Assembly (NCBI GenBank): GCA_951406725.2
Contig: OX597843.1
Span: forward strand, 19,158,001 to 19,222,000
Reading direction: 5' to 3'
DNA: 64,000 bases
Origin: Octopus vulgaris
Lineage: Eukaryota
In this document: one piece after another, positions 41,701-54,512 of the stretch
Layout: each line of letters opens with the position of its first letter
Numbering within the stretch: position 1 is the stretch's first letter
The notes under the pieces: model-generated
Databases searched by the model: none
What the model saw: only the letters and a program-made list of their open reading frames with translations
Told to the model about the DNA's origin: nothing
Translations under genes and position numbers: made by a program

Positions 41701-42875
41701 GTGACCGTCATTATAATGATATCTATCTAGATTGTATATAATCTGGCAAAGGGATATGTGACCGTCATTATAATGATATCTATCTAGATTGTATATAATC
41801 TGGCAAAGGGATATGTGACCGTCATTATAATGATATCTATCTAGATTGTATATAATCTGGCAAAGGGATATGTGACCGTCATTATAATGATATCTATCTA
41901 GATTGTATATAATCTGGCAAAGAAATATATTACCGTCATTATAATGATATCTATCTAGATTGTATATAATCTGGCAAAGGGATATGTGACCGTCATTATA
42001 ATGATATCTATCTAGATTGTATATAATCTGTTAAAGGGACACGTGACCGTCATTATAATGATATCTATCTAGATTGTATATAATCTGGCAAAGGGATATG
42101 TGACCGTCATTATAATGATATCTATCTAGATTGTATATAATCTGGCAAAGGGATATGTGACCGTCATTATAATGATATCTATCTAGATTGTATATAATCT
42201 GGCAAAGGGACACGTGGCTCTCATTATAATGATATCAATAAAGATTGTATATAATCTGGCAAAGAAATATGTTACTATCATTGTAATTATAAATATATAA
42301 TCTGTATATAATCTGATAAATGTATACGTGACCACCATTATAATGTTATCTCTATAGATTGTATATAATCTGGCAAAGGGACACGTGGCCCTCATTATAA
42401 TGATATCAATAAAGATTGTATATAATCTGGCAAAGAAATATGTTACTATCATTGTAATTATAAATATATAATCTGTATATAATCTGATAAATGTATTTGT
42501 GACCACCATTATAATGTTATCTCTATAGATTGTATATAATCTGGCAAAGGGACACGTGGCCCTCATTATAATGATATCAATAAAGATTGTATATAATCTG
42601 GCAAAGAAATATGTTACTATCATTGTAATTATAAATATATAATCTGTATATAATCTGATAAATGTATTTGTGACCATCATTATAATGGTATCTCTATAGA
42701 TTGTATATAATCTGGCAAAGGGACACGTGGCCCTCATTATAATGATATCAATAAAGATTGTATATAATCTGGCAAAGAAATATGTTACTATCATTGTAAT
42801 TATAAATATATAATCTGTATATAATCTGATAAATGTATTTGTGACCACCATTATAATGGTATCTCTATAGATTGT
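38755..42875. repeat. 57-bp minisatellite (~72 copies), with 171-bp (3x57) higher-order blocks at ~41330-41670 and ~42190-42875
   Basis: Consensus tataatgatatctatctagattgtatataatctggcaaagggatatgtgaccgtcat; abuts the gap. Confidence 0.97.
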
Positions 42876-44269
42876 TATATTATCTGACTTTATTTCCTAT
42901 TGCTTCTATCTAATCAGTTGATTAAAACAAGGTCTACTTATATTTCAAGGGGCCAGCCTTTTCACTTTCTGTATTATGCTGAATCTTCCTGAGAACTACA
43001 TTTAGTGTACTCACATCTTTGGAGTACTCAGCTACTTTCATAGTAATTTCATTAGCAGGCTGTTTCATTGATTGGAAATCTGGTACTCTCATCATCCTAA
43101 CCAATGGAGTGCTATTTTGAACAGTTGATATTATGGCAGTTCCATGAGGAATCACAGAAGAATGGTACCAAGTCCAGCACCAAATACTAACAATAATTTC
43201 TTTTATCAGTCAAAAACAACGACCAGGTTCCATGATCTAATTTAAATGTAAGAATTAATTCGGGGCAAAAACGTAAAAGACACAGAAAAGTGTGTTTGTA
43301 TTAACATTAATATAATCTAAAACCCAATAAGAATGAGCATAAATATGGATGGTAAGTGTTATCCAAACTTTGTAGTAAGTGTTAAATATAGTTACAAACA
43401 AAGAGTTGTGTGTTCAGTTTACATTTGGGACTATTATTTTATTTCTATAAACGTGAATACAAACACTTTGTTTAAACATAGACACACATTCAACGGTTCA
43501 ATACTAATTTAACATTCAATAAAAATAATTGAATGATCAATATTGTTGGAGTGAATTTCGTAATTTTCTTTTCATTTATTACAATACATATTGCAATCTG
43601 AGATATTCTGGGTACATACCACAAGGGACAACATTTCATATCAAACATCAGACTAATGTAATTTTTGGAGCTCTTCATAAGATGACAAATTATGGAGAAT
43701 TTCTGGAGGACAATTTTTCGTTGAAACTATCGATGCTATCTTTCACTAAATAAATATTAACAGCAACACAAAACAACTAACAATCAAAGTCTCTAACGTT
43801 GTTCCTTAATCTCTCAGTTGAGATTTCCTCATTGAATCTCCTATTTTACCAAAAATTGATGTTCTTGTAACTAACTTTGTTTTTAGCTATCAGATTCACA
43901 AGATACTCATAAATCAGTAATCACCTCTAATCACTTGCAATTGATATTAAAAAATTGATATTTCCTGATAAAAGCCAGGAATATTATTGATATTTCTGTT
44001 AGTCACTGTTTAACTTCCAGTATCCCTCACTTGTCTCCTTTTGCAGACAGCAACCTCGTGAAGTGGAGCAAACCTTGTACTGGGACAAAATCAAAATTTA
44101 GTGGATGGGGTGATTGATATAGTATCACAAAGAGAAGACATCTAGAACACCTTTTATCATAAATGTGTCAGCTTATGACAGACCTAGATCTGCACAACAA
44201 TATAAAGTACATTATTCACCATCGTAAAGCCAATGAGACAAACAGACAGATCATAAAATTGTATCTTAC

Positions 44270-44412
44270 CACGTATATTATAACTTTCTATAGGTTTTTG
44301 ACACTTGGGACAAACATGAGGCTGCGTATCTTCATAGCACTTTCTGCATATAACTTTGTCTCCACATGGTAACAACGTCACAGAAACTTCTTTAACACCA
44401 CACAGCAGACAA
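44270..44412 (-). CDS. RING-finger exon (CLLCGVKEVSVTLLPCGDKVICRKCYEDTQPHVCPKCQKPIESYNIR), MIB/IAP-type RING-HC
   Basis: tttctgttttgttccacag|t ... cgtg|gtaaga; phase 2 in, phase 1 out; C-x2-C-x11-C-x-D-x3-C-x2-C-x8-C-x2-C. Confidence 0.88.
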
Positions 44413-45449
44413 CTGTGGAACAAAACAGAAACACATCCCACCAATAACATTCATTTATAACAAATATTGGATTGAGTACATGTTTAGAGTACAAAATATT
44501 ATGAGACACTAAAAGGACCAGCAATAGTACATAAAAATTCTTTAACCAATTACATAAATGCAGATATGTGTGTGTGAGTATAAGAATGCTATACTCACAC
44601 GTGTGTGTGTGTGTTGCATTCATATACATACTGTTGAATATATTTTTTGACTTTGATATGTCACAGAAATTGGTTTGTAATTAGCTCTAAACTAGAATTG
44701 AGGGATATTTCTGGAATATATTGTGTGTACACATTATGTTCCAGAAATATACTTCAATTCTAGTTTTGAGCTAATTTCCTTTGAACAAACCTTATTTGTT
44801 TAACAAGTGCTCTATTTTTAGATGTTTGATTTTGAAATATATGGATGGACAGACAGGCTACATTTGCCATGGATTCTTGTATGGATGAACAATATGCAAC
44901 AAAACAGGTCAAAACTCTAAAACAGGACAATGCCCTAAGAATCATATCAGGTGTATATATATGTACAAAATCAGAGAACTCTTTTGAAAATTGATGAGTT
45001 GATTGCAGTAAATGTCATGCTTCTATCTGCCTTCAGTGTTCCAGTCCAATAAAAGGTAGACAATGGTTCTCTGATGGACGAAATGTAGGAAATATAGGAC
45101 TACGAAGCTGGTCCTTTCTGTGGCTGATCTGTGTGTCTTTTCCAACAATTGCTGGCATCCAGACAGAAACTTCAGAAATTTGACATTAGAGATATTAAAG
45201 CAGGAATCCGTACAGAATCACACAATGAAGACTCATTCCATCATACTCAGTATACAAACCTGCCCCTAGTTATATCCACAACCCGGGGACACTGAGAAAG
45301 CAGCCACTGAATCTGGCCACACAGGATGCAATTGTGGTGCATCTGAAGAAATCATTGATCTATAACCATTGTCTCACAACTTGTCCACTTCAAATATGTT
45401 TCTCCAAAAACAAAATCTGTCTCATTTGATTAGATCAAAATCCAGATTA

Positions 45450-46330
45450 GTTACATTAACCTCCCACTGAAGCATTTATCTGTTATTTATCTGCTTCTCA
45501 AAGGTAGCATCCTTTTCCTGCTACACCAACTTTTTCCAACTTGATTTTAGTAACTCTGTGTCCCTAGAACAAAGGAAAATTTCCAGTATTATTCCTTTGT
45601 CCAAAATGGGTGACCACTCATCACCTGTCAACTATTGTCCAGTCAGTTTCACTCATTGTCTCACCAAATTAATAAAGGCTTGTGCCAGAAAGAAACACTC
45701 TGAAACTCTCATCACCTTCTTCAACCCTCACAATTCAGATTTATCTTTAACTCCATCTGCTGTGATTTTCTTGAAAACATCTCCTAAATCGCAGATGGTA
45801 ACTCATGCATGGACGTTATCTATCTTAACTTGCACCAAAACATTTGTAATTCTATGCCACACAAATTAATTCTGGTGAAACTGTTAGAAATATTCATAAG
45901 GTCTAAAACTATATCTGGTTGATATGCTTCATTCTCCGTCAAATCAAATTAGTCACAGTACAAGGAAAACATTCTACATCCTATAACATCACATCTGACG
46001 ATTTGCAGGGGTTTGTTCCTGGTCCTCTGAAGCTTCTTGTATTAACTAAATAGATGCCAACTCAAAGTATATGAGTATATGCTATAGGTCTTTCCTGCAA
46101 ACTGATTTTGATTCCCTGCAGTAATGGATTGCTGACAGGCAACTCGAATTGCCTGTCGATTTTGAGAAGAAAACTCCATAATTTACCTACTCCATGCATA
46201 ACACAAAACTTAAGAAGTCTCCTGGTGGACTTGATCTTGGTATTGATGACAATAATGATCTGTGACGGACAAAGCACATTTCTAAAAACAACAAAAAACG
46301 TCAAAAATGTTTTAGCATCACTTCACCTAC
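45450..46330 (+). mobile_element. Highly decayed CR1/L2-like LINE RT fragment
   Basis: SSIIPLSKMGDHSSPVNYCPVSFTHCLTKLI corresponds to the K.G......NYRPISL motif; later QG.V.GPL remnant. Confidence 0.6.
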
Positions 46331-46429
46331 TTCTTGTGAGTTCTCTGCTTAAAGTTATATATGGCTATCATACGTCCACACTTAGAGTTTTATCACTCTT
46401 TAATTGTTCCCTTTTCTGTCTGTCTGTCT

Positions 46430-47470
46430 TTTATGCCAGGAAAACTAAAAGCTATCCTAACCTTTCCACACCCCACCACAAGCAAGGCTCTACATCAATT
46501 CGTGGGCGTGGTAAACTTTTACTATCACTTTATCCCTTCTGCAGCAAAAGTGATGAGGACCCTATACAAGGCACTGTCAAAAGAGGGTTCAAAACGGCAG
46601 GTGGGGTGAGATGACTTCAGCCTTCAAATCCACAAAACAAGCCCTGACTCAAGCAAACTTGCTGTCCCATCCTCATATGTCCGCTTGGATTGAACTCACA
46701 TTCACGCATCCGACACAGCCATTGGGGACGTTTTGGAATAACACATCAACAGTCAGTGGCGACTGCTCGCCTTCTTCAGCCGACATCTATGACCCCATGA
46801 ACAGAAATACAGTGCTTTTGACAAGGAACTACTGGCTGTTCATCTAGATGTCTGCCACTTTCGCTATTTCCTTGAAGCTCGCACATTTACAGTATTCACA
46901 GGTCACAAACCCCTCACCTTCGCTATGAGCAAGCTCTTGGAACCTTGGCCTGCACGCCAGCAATGACAGTTATCAGCAATTTCTGAGTACACAACAGACA
47001 TCCAACACATAGCCGGCAAGGGCAACCTAGTTGCCGACACATTCTCTCATGCTCCTACTCGCTCTCACACCTACCTAGCACCAATAACAGAAGGCCTGGA
47101 TTACGAAGCTATGGTTGCAACCCAACGGGCAGATGAGGAGATCAGGGCCTACCGCATTGCCATCACATCACTTTCTTAGCAGGATGTACACTTTGGCTCT
47201 AACGGCACAACCCTACTGTGTGACGTATTCACTGGGAAGACATGACCGAATTCTCCAATCAGCCTGGCGCAAGAGAGTTTTCCACATCATTCGTGGATTT
47301 TCCCACCCAGGTACTAAAGCCACACGGCGGCTGCTGTCAAGCAAATTTATCTGGCACAGTATAGCCAAGAAAATTGGGGAGTGGACCAGGTCCTGCGACC
47401 CCTGTCAACAAGCCAAAGTCCATCAACATACCAAAGCACCCCTCAGCAACTATGAACCACCTCAAAACAA
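46430..47470 (+). mobile_element. Ty3/Gypsy pol fragment (RT thumb, RNase H, integrase Zn-finger)
   Basis: LHQFVGVVNFYYHFIP, YSAFDKELLA, HKPLTFA and HPGTKATRRLLSSKFIW...CDPCQQAK; frameshifted, no LTRs seen. Confidence 0.88.
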
Positions 47471-48203
47471 AAGAATATCAACAGTGAGTGTGAAACAAAT
47501 TTGAACGAAACAGAAATAAGTGGCGACTTAAGCCCAGGTGTAGGTCAAGTAATAAACCTTTTGGTAAACGTATTCTCATCTTCACTAGTTTGTTTGCGTA
47601 TAGCTTAACAAAGCTATAAAAGCTTAATTGGAATGCAATAACATCTTGTAAACAACATTTTGTTTTGGGAAGCGTCAAATGTGTTTTTTATTATACAAAC
47701 AAGAAAGTGATATTTCTTACATACACACATATTGTTAGCGTGTATTTGTAGAAGATTTTTCTTTTATGAAACCTCACATAATGATGACCGATTTGGACAA
47801 AGAAGAAGCAGAAAAACTTGTTGGTAGACAAATTCCACTTCTAAGTAACAATTTCATAATGTGTCCATTCACTTCATTATTTAATACTACATTCTTTCTG
47901 GTGGTCACAGAACTTTGAAATAGTGATTTAAGAGATATATGTTGGGGGTGGGGGAGGTCTGCAAGCTATAACTATCAATACAACCAATCATGTGACTATT
48001 ATCAAAATAGTGTTCTTTGTTTGACCCCCTAACAAATGTATTTTCCATTTATTGTTCTTACTGTTATTGTGTAGTTTTTAGTCAAGACACTAGTGACAGT
48101 ATAATTTATTGGTAGAATGAACACAACACAATACATATAAACTTGGTTATGTACAAAATTGAAGATTCACTGATTTACATTGTCTTTGCCATGGAATACT
48201 TAC

Positions 48204-48376
48204 AACGATGGGAAAAGCTCTTTTATTTTCTCTTGATAATCGGACACTATGAGATCTACTGGGGTCTTCCCAGAATTGTTTTTTTGGTGAAAGTTTGCTC
48301 CCAAACGACCTAGATAGCAAGCAATAACGGTGCCACATAGCTTGTCTTCTTTTTCCAATCGAAGCCTTTTCCAGAA
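48204..48376 (-). CDS. Exon with last ankyrin repeat of a Mind-bomb(MIB)-like E3 ligase (FWKRLRLEKEDKLCGTVIACYLGRLGANFHQKNNSGKTPVDLIVSDYQEKIKELFPS(F))
   Basis: gttatcattttcag|ttc ... gtt|gtaagt; 173 nt, phase 0 in and phase 2 out, matching the RING exon. IACYL...GA.....N..G.TP.DL resembles the final ankyrin repeat that precedes the RINGs in MIB1/MIB2 (from memory, not a search). Confidence 0.85.
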
Positions 48377-49779
48377 CTGAAAATGATAACATATAAAATG
48401 ATGAATACATAATTACACAAATATACATTACACAAAAATTCAACTACATTTACGCATAGTTTGAATATCCAGTGATTAAACTGGTAACACAGTATTGAGT
48501 TCCCTCATGGTTTTAAGTTTAGTCTATTTCCATTTTTCGTTTGTTTCTACTTTATTTTCTGCATTAAGATAATATTTTAAATATATGGTCAGAATATTCA
48601 ACGGAACTGACCTTATTGAGTAACATCAAGTTCATTGATACTTAATGCATAAATATTCATTTGTCAAACACAATATCATAAATCATTCACTAAACAAAAT
48701 ATTAAAAAATCACAGAATCAAGTCAAAAATAGGAAATATAAAGGAAGAAATATCACAACAAACCAACAAGAACTTATCTATACATGGGGCTCGATAAAGC
48801 CAACTGGCCACAGCAAGGGAAATAGGGATCGGGGAGTATTGTGTATATAAATGGAACATGACAACAAAGCATGTATGTTATATCAGAAGAGAGAGAGAGA
48901 GAGACCGGCTGAAACACAGCAATTTCTTCAGACATAAGACAAGCAACACCACACAGACAGAGCCAAGCATGTCGATAATGATTCCAGAATTAATAAAGAA
49001 GCATTTTTGGATGATGAAGGTGACGTAAAGAAAGTAAGAATCAGTGTCACAGCTGAAGCAGCACATCAACACATTGTAGGTGATAAATTGTTCAAACTGT
49101 TAGTCTGATAGACAATTCCAGAAGTGAACTGAGATGAAGATTTGACTGTCAGCGTAGCATGTTCTCACCAAAGAAAACATTGCATCAGCACTGAGATGTT
49201 CATCAAACTGTCTGAGATAAAGTCACACATCTGTAGTGACCTTCGTTCATATTGGAACCAGAGAGTTGGTTGAGTTCCACACACACAGAGTAACATGCAC
49301 ATATATAAATATAAGATCCAAGGATTGAGGTGTAGAAAGAAAGTTGGTTTCAAGCAATCTGTAGTAAATGAGAAAAACAAAACCTCTCAGGAACAAAAGT
49401 GGTTTATTGAGGCGGACGGTTGTAGTTTTTTTCTGTATTGAAGTATGATAAGTTGAAAAAAATATCTTTATATTTCATGGTAGATGACCAGGGCTCCTGA
49501 GTGAGCAAATAAGAATAGAAGAGTTAAGGAATGGAGTAGATACGATTGGGGCTACAAATGTTTCATAGCGAGCAGAACCTCGGAAATGGTAGATATCCAA
49601 GCAAGGTGTATAGCTGAGGCTAGTCATCAGGACAAGAGTATTTTGACTGAAAGGTAATTTAATTTGCTGCAAGGAGGTACATGTTAACTCATGGAAGATT
49701 TGATCTGACGAGTAGCCTACGGTATTCACCCCACTTGGATATTTACCACATCCAAGCTTTCACTCTCTGTGAAGCATAT

Positions 49780-50758
49780 GTAGCCCGTGTATGTATGTAT
49801 GTTGCATTTCTGCTTCTTGCAGGGCATTTGGACTCAGCATTAGCCTGGACAAGACTGTTGTAATGTTCCAGCCTGCACCAGGAAATCCATATAAAGAACC
49901 AGCTATCTTGGTTGAAGGAACAATTCTGAAGGTAGAAGACAAGTTTGTCTACCTGGGCAGCACACTCAGCCGTTCTTGCTCCTTGGATGAGGAAATATCT
50001 TTCAGGTTGCAGAGAGCAACTAATTCCTTCCAGTCCCAGTCCCATCAGTCTCGTGTCTGGTCCCAACAAGGCATCACAAGGAGAACAAAAGTTGCCATGT
50101 ACCGTGCATGTGTACTGAGATCGTTTCTCTACTCATGTGAGACATGGACTCTATACAAACGTCAGGTAAAGGTCCTTGAACGTTTTCATCAGAGATGTCT
50201 CAGACACATTCTCAATGTTGGCTGGACCTCAAAAATTCCAGACACACATATCCTGAGGACAGCTGATATCTTGAGTATTGAGGCGGTGGTGCACAAGCAC
50301 TGTTTACATTAGAGTGGACAACTTATTAGAATGAAGGATAGCAGGATTCCTAAGCAGATGCTATATGGGGAACTTGTGAATGGAAGGAGACTCCGGCAGA
50401 AACCAAGGCTGCGATTTAAGGACTGTGTCAAGTCCTCATTAAAGGCCTTATTACAAGCAGGACACTGACTGGGAGAACAATGCCTGTCATCGCCACAGAT
50501 GGAGGAAGCAGGTTAAGGAAGGGATCGACACTTTTGAGAGAGCACGTATCCAGCATGAAGAACTTAAGCGAGCTGCGCGAAAGCGCATGGCTCATATAGT
50601 GAATGGGGAAAGCTTGGTCTGCAATGTTTGCAGTCGTGTATGCTTGTCAAGAGCAGGGCTCATTAGCCACCAACGGAGCCGCAAATGCAAAATATAAGTT
50701 AGTCCTAAAGCGCACAATGTTCCTGATGGTCTTCCTCGGTCACGAGTGGACGGCCATC
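49780..50758 (+). mobile_element. 5'-truncated RTE-clade LINE (3' end of RT ORF and tail)
   Basis: FGLSISLDKTVVM, FVYLGSTLS, TKVAMYRACVLRSFLYSCETW, RIPKQMLYGEL and a C-terminal C2H2-like remnant; ends in a microsatellite. Confidence 0.9.
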
Positions 50759-50773
50759 ATGCATGCATGTATG

Positions 50774-50807
<34 letters not shown>

Positions 50808-51026
50808 TGTATGTATGTATGTATGTATGTATGTATGTTTGTATGCATGTATTTATGTATGTATGTATGTATGTATGTATGTTTGTATGTTTGTATGTAT
50901 GTATGTATGTATGTATGTTTGTATGCATGTATTTATGTATGTATGTATGTATGTATGTATTTATGTATGTATGTATGTATGTATGTATGTATGTATGTAT
51001 GTATGTATGTATGTATGTATGTATAT
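50759..51026. repeat. (TATG)n microsatellite
   Basis: Direct reading. Confidence 0.97.
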
Positions 51027-51406
51027 TCCTGTGAGAGTTAGAGGTTGGGAAGCTAACCAACTAAGGGATAGTTAAGTGTTTCTTATATGTATTAGCCCTC
51101 TTAACCATTTAGACCCTCTGAAGAAGCCTAGAGGCACACTTCATCATCCAAACTTTATCCACCATCCCTACAGAACACTGATGGCATGGTGATAGCATGG
51201 AGGATCTCATTGCCTCTCGGCATAAACGGTTTTAAGGAACTGACCTTTTACTCTTTTTTGTATTACTAGTACATGTGTCTATAAGGCATAGTCTTTGCAT
51301 GTGTATGTATTCTTATAATACTTTCTTATGTTTTTGAATAAATACACATAATAGAATGTCTACCGGATGATAAATGTCATTTTTGCATCCCCACCATCTT
51401 TTTGCC

Positions 51407-51438
<32 letters not shown>

Positions 51439-51469
51439 GCATATATATTCACATATATACACATATATA

Positions 51470-52597
51470 CAGGGGTTGGACAAAATAATGGAAACACCTT
51501 AAAATTTCAAACAAATTTATTTTGATATGGCGTAGGACCGCCTTTGGCAGTAAGTACAGCTTGAATTCTACAAGGTGTGGACTCATATAAAGTTTGAATT
51601 GTTTCCAAAGGAATTTTTGTCCATTCTTCAGCTAAAACAGGCTCCAGTTCTTGTAGTGATGATGGTGAAGGATATCAACACCTTACTTCTTTTTCTAAAA
51701 TGCACCATAAATGTTCAATAATATTGAGATCTGGGGACTGTGGTGGCCAGATAAGATGTTTAACTTCACTAGAATGTTCCTCGTGCCATTCAGTAACAAC
51801 TTTAGCTGTGTGAATTGTTGCATTATCATCCTGAAAGATTGCGTTTCCCTCCAGAAACAGTTCCCCAACCATAGGATGAATTTGAGCAGATAAAATGCTT
51901 AAATAGTCTTGACTATTAATTCTGACATGAAGAGAAACCATTGGGCCAGCAGATTTCCAAGATATAGCCCCCTCACCCCCAGATCATCACAGATCCTCCT
52001 CCATGTTTTACAGTTAGAAGAAGGCAGTTTGGGTCAAATACTTCTTTTGGCCGGTAGTCGGATAAAAGGTAAAGCATGACTCGTTCGAGAAAATAACATT
52101 CTTCCACTGCTCCAAGGACCAATTCTGTAGGTTTTTACTTCACTCTACATCCTTTGTAACGTTTGTTCTTGAAAGTAGGGGTTTTCTGATTGCAGCCCTC
52201 CCATGAAATTCGGCTTTGTGCAACTCCTGGTGAACAGTTTCTCGGGAACGTGGATTCTCAATGTGGTCATTAAGCTCTACAATAATTTTGGAAGCTGAAC
52301 GTTTGTGATCCCTTCTAACTATTCTCGTAAGAGTCCGTTGGCCTCTTTCTGAAAGTTTTGGTTTTCTGTCGGAGGTTTGTTTCGACAAGGAGGTTTTTTC
52401 CATCTTTCCCAAAAGGTATAATTATTTTTGAGACAGTTCTTCTAGATACACCAGAGATTTCAGTTGTTTTTGTTATGCTAGTGCCTGCCATACGAGCACC
52501 AACAATTCGACCTCTTTGAAAGTCCGATAGATCTGTCATTTTAATGAACTTTAATTACTTTTTTCTGATGATATCTGAAAAGAAACAGCAATTTTAG
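51470..52597 (-). mobile_element. Tc1-family DNA transposon, frameshifted, one TIR present
   Basis: TA|caggggttggacaaaataatggaaacacc TIR at 51470. Transposase pieces MTDLSDFQRGRIVGARMAG, RAAIRKPLL and FQDDNATIHTAK..WPPQSPDLNIIEHLW (DD34E). The other end is interrupted at ~52597. Confidence 0.92.
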
Positions 52598-52807
52598 CTG
52601 GGGCTAAAAAGCTACTGTAACACCCACCTTTGTGGTTAGCCAAATTGAGATGGCTTTTATACTTTACATTGTCGAGCGATTACTGTTTACATCTCGTTCT
52701 GAGATTTAATAATGCTTACAGTCAGTTTTTCGAAATCAGTGGCAGACGTCACTAGAAAAACTCTTATATATTTGCAAACAGGCCTTGTCTTTCACCGTGA
52801 TCTGGTG
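52598..52807 (+). repeat. Left part of a hammerhead-containing ~356-bp repeat (retrozyme-like), split by the LINE
   Basis: 52598-52666 matches 58287-58355 at 63/69 nt; ends in cgtgatctggtg, which is duplicated at 58129-58140. Confidence 0.7.
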
Positions 52808-53048
52808 GTTTGTCACTCGTCTAGGGACCCCTCTTTCATCTGCGTATTGAGAAGTTTGCTGCCTATTTTGTTGAGTGAGTTCGTTTTTTGTTCGAGGTTG
52901 TTTGTGTTTGCTCGTGAATTGAACAGTTGTCCGTTGTGTGACAGTAATTTTCGCCCTACGGGGCTGAAAATTCTGTGTATAAACATTGTTATTACCTTCG
53001 GGATAATTTTTTTTTTTTATTGAAAAATTGGTTCTCATAATTTGAGAA

Positions 53049-54485
53049 ATGGAGTTCGACTTGGCGTCGAGGAGCGACTTTCCCGTGATGGGAAAAGGGG
53101 AACAGAAGGATATCGAGGTTAGAAAACAATCTTTTTTGGTCGCAGTGGGCGGAACCGTAACGGAAGTGGAATTCAAAATAGAACAGTTGTTCGAATACCG
53201 GAACTTGGTCAAAAAGGAAGGCAACAAAATAAAACTGGTACCGCCGCAAGCGATATTACAGGAAATAAAGGCCAAGACAGTCGTGTACAAGGTTTACAGT
53301 AACAAAGAGAAAAAAATAATGGACGTGAAGAACGAAATAGTAGAGAAGTGCTTGTCCCCGGTGTGGGGCAAAATTCGCTACGTCGGTCGAGGTGCCCGCA
53401 GCGCTACCGTTGAAGCACATTTCAACTCGGCTGATGTGGCAAGAGAAATTTCATCAATGACCTTAAAAAATGAGGACATTATGTTACTACCTACCTATAT
53501 GGGCAAAAGAACTGCGAAACTATATGTAGAAGATATACCAAGAGGATATGATATAATGTGGGTAGCAGCGGCGGTTCTGCACGACGTAGAGCAGAAAGTC
53601 TCAATTCTGCAGATGAAAAGGAAAGAGGAGGTAAACTGGAAGGGACAAGCGCTCGAACTCCTCGTTCAAGCAGAAAATAAGGTGCTAGAAAACTTACCCG
53701 ATAGGGTATTTATTGAGGAGGAATTTCAATGAGAGTGTCAGTGGAGGGGCGCAGACCTAGGTGTTTCAAATGTGGTGAAAAGGGTCACGTCTGCTCGAAC
53801 TGCATAAAAAAAAAAGAAAAACAGCGAAGCCCCTCCTCAAAGTGCTTCAAACACAGAAAAAGAAAAGGCGGAAAAAGACCCCAAGACTGCGACAAGGAAG
53901 GGAATCGAAACGGAAGATGAAAATGAACAAATGGAATTTACACAGGAGACACACAAAAGAAAAAAAGAAAATACCCTGGACTCCCCTCCGCAAACAAAGA
54001 TAAAATCAGCAAACACCGCAGAGATACATACAAAACAAATTCCCCAGCCCTACCCCCACGGCACTGTATTCATTGGAACACAGTTCGCCAAGCCCCTCCC
54101 CATAAAACAAGATTGGAAAAAATTGATTAAAAAAAATGAAAAGATTGTAGCATTCGACGAGAGAAACGATAGAGTGTTCAAGTATTTTAAATGTTCAAAA
54201 CTGAAATTATTCAGTAAGTCTGCAGACACTAAGTCGACCACTCGTTTTGCAAAAATAAAGGAAGACGAGTGGAAGGAAAAAACACTCCAAGAACATTTAA
54301 AAAATAACCTTATCAGAGACGTAACTAACGAAATACTGGAGGGCAAACTTACTATAACCCCGGCAACCACACCTACCCAGAGCCCGATGGCAACGTCGGT
54401 TAAGAGCCCTGCAGCTACGACCACAAGGGAGGAAGAAGGGGAAGCATGCAGATTTAAACTGTCATGCTCCCTGTCCCAACCGTAA
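53049..54485 (+). pseudogene. LINE ORF1 (gag-like, CCHC zinc knuckle), frameshifted
   Basis: Consecutive ORFs 53049-53732, 53729-53920 (CFKCGEKGHVCSNC = CX2CX4HX4C) and 53931-54485. Confidence 0.8.
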
Positions 54486-54512
54486 GTTTATTTAATTTTT
54501 CTCTCTCCGACA

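Noticed and set aside
38607-42851. Long repetitive ORFs (YNLDRYHYNDGHISLCQII)n and (MVVTNTFIRLY...)n
   Set aside because: By-product of a 57-bp (multiple of 3) satellite; frames are broken by indels in many monomers and one ORF runs through the N gap.
38755-42875. CRISPR-like regular repeats
   Set aside because: No unique spacers; contiguous tandem monomers in eukaryotic DNA, and no cas genes.
42934-43155. 73-aa minus-strand ORF as a further exon
   Set aside because: No clear splice sites; looks like a decayed transposon-derived fragment I cannot assign.
48147-48443. 98-aa minus-strand ORF in the track
   Set aside because: Wrong frame; the splice-defined frame encodes the ankyrin repeat.
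50603-51075. MYVC/HTYI repeat ORFs
   Set aside because: Translations of the (TATG)n microsatellite.
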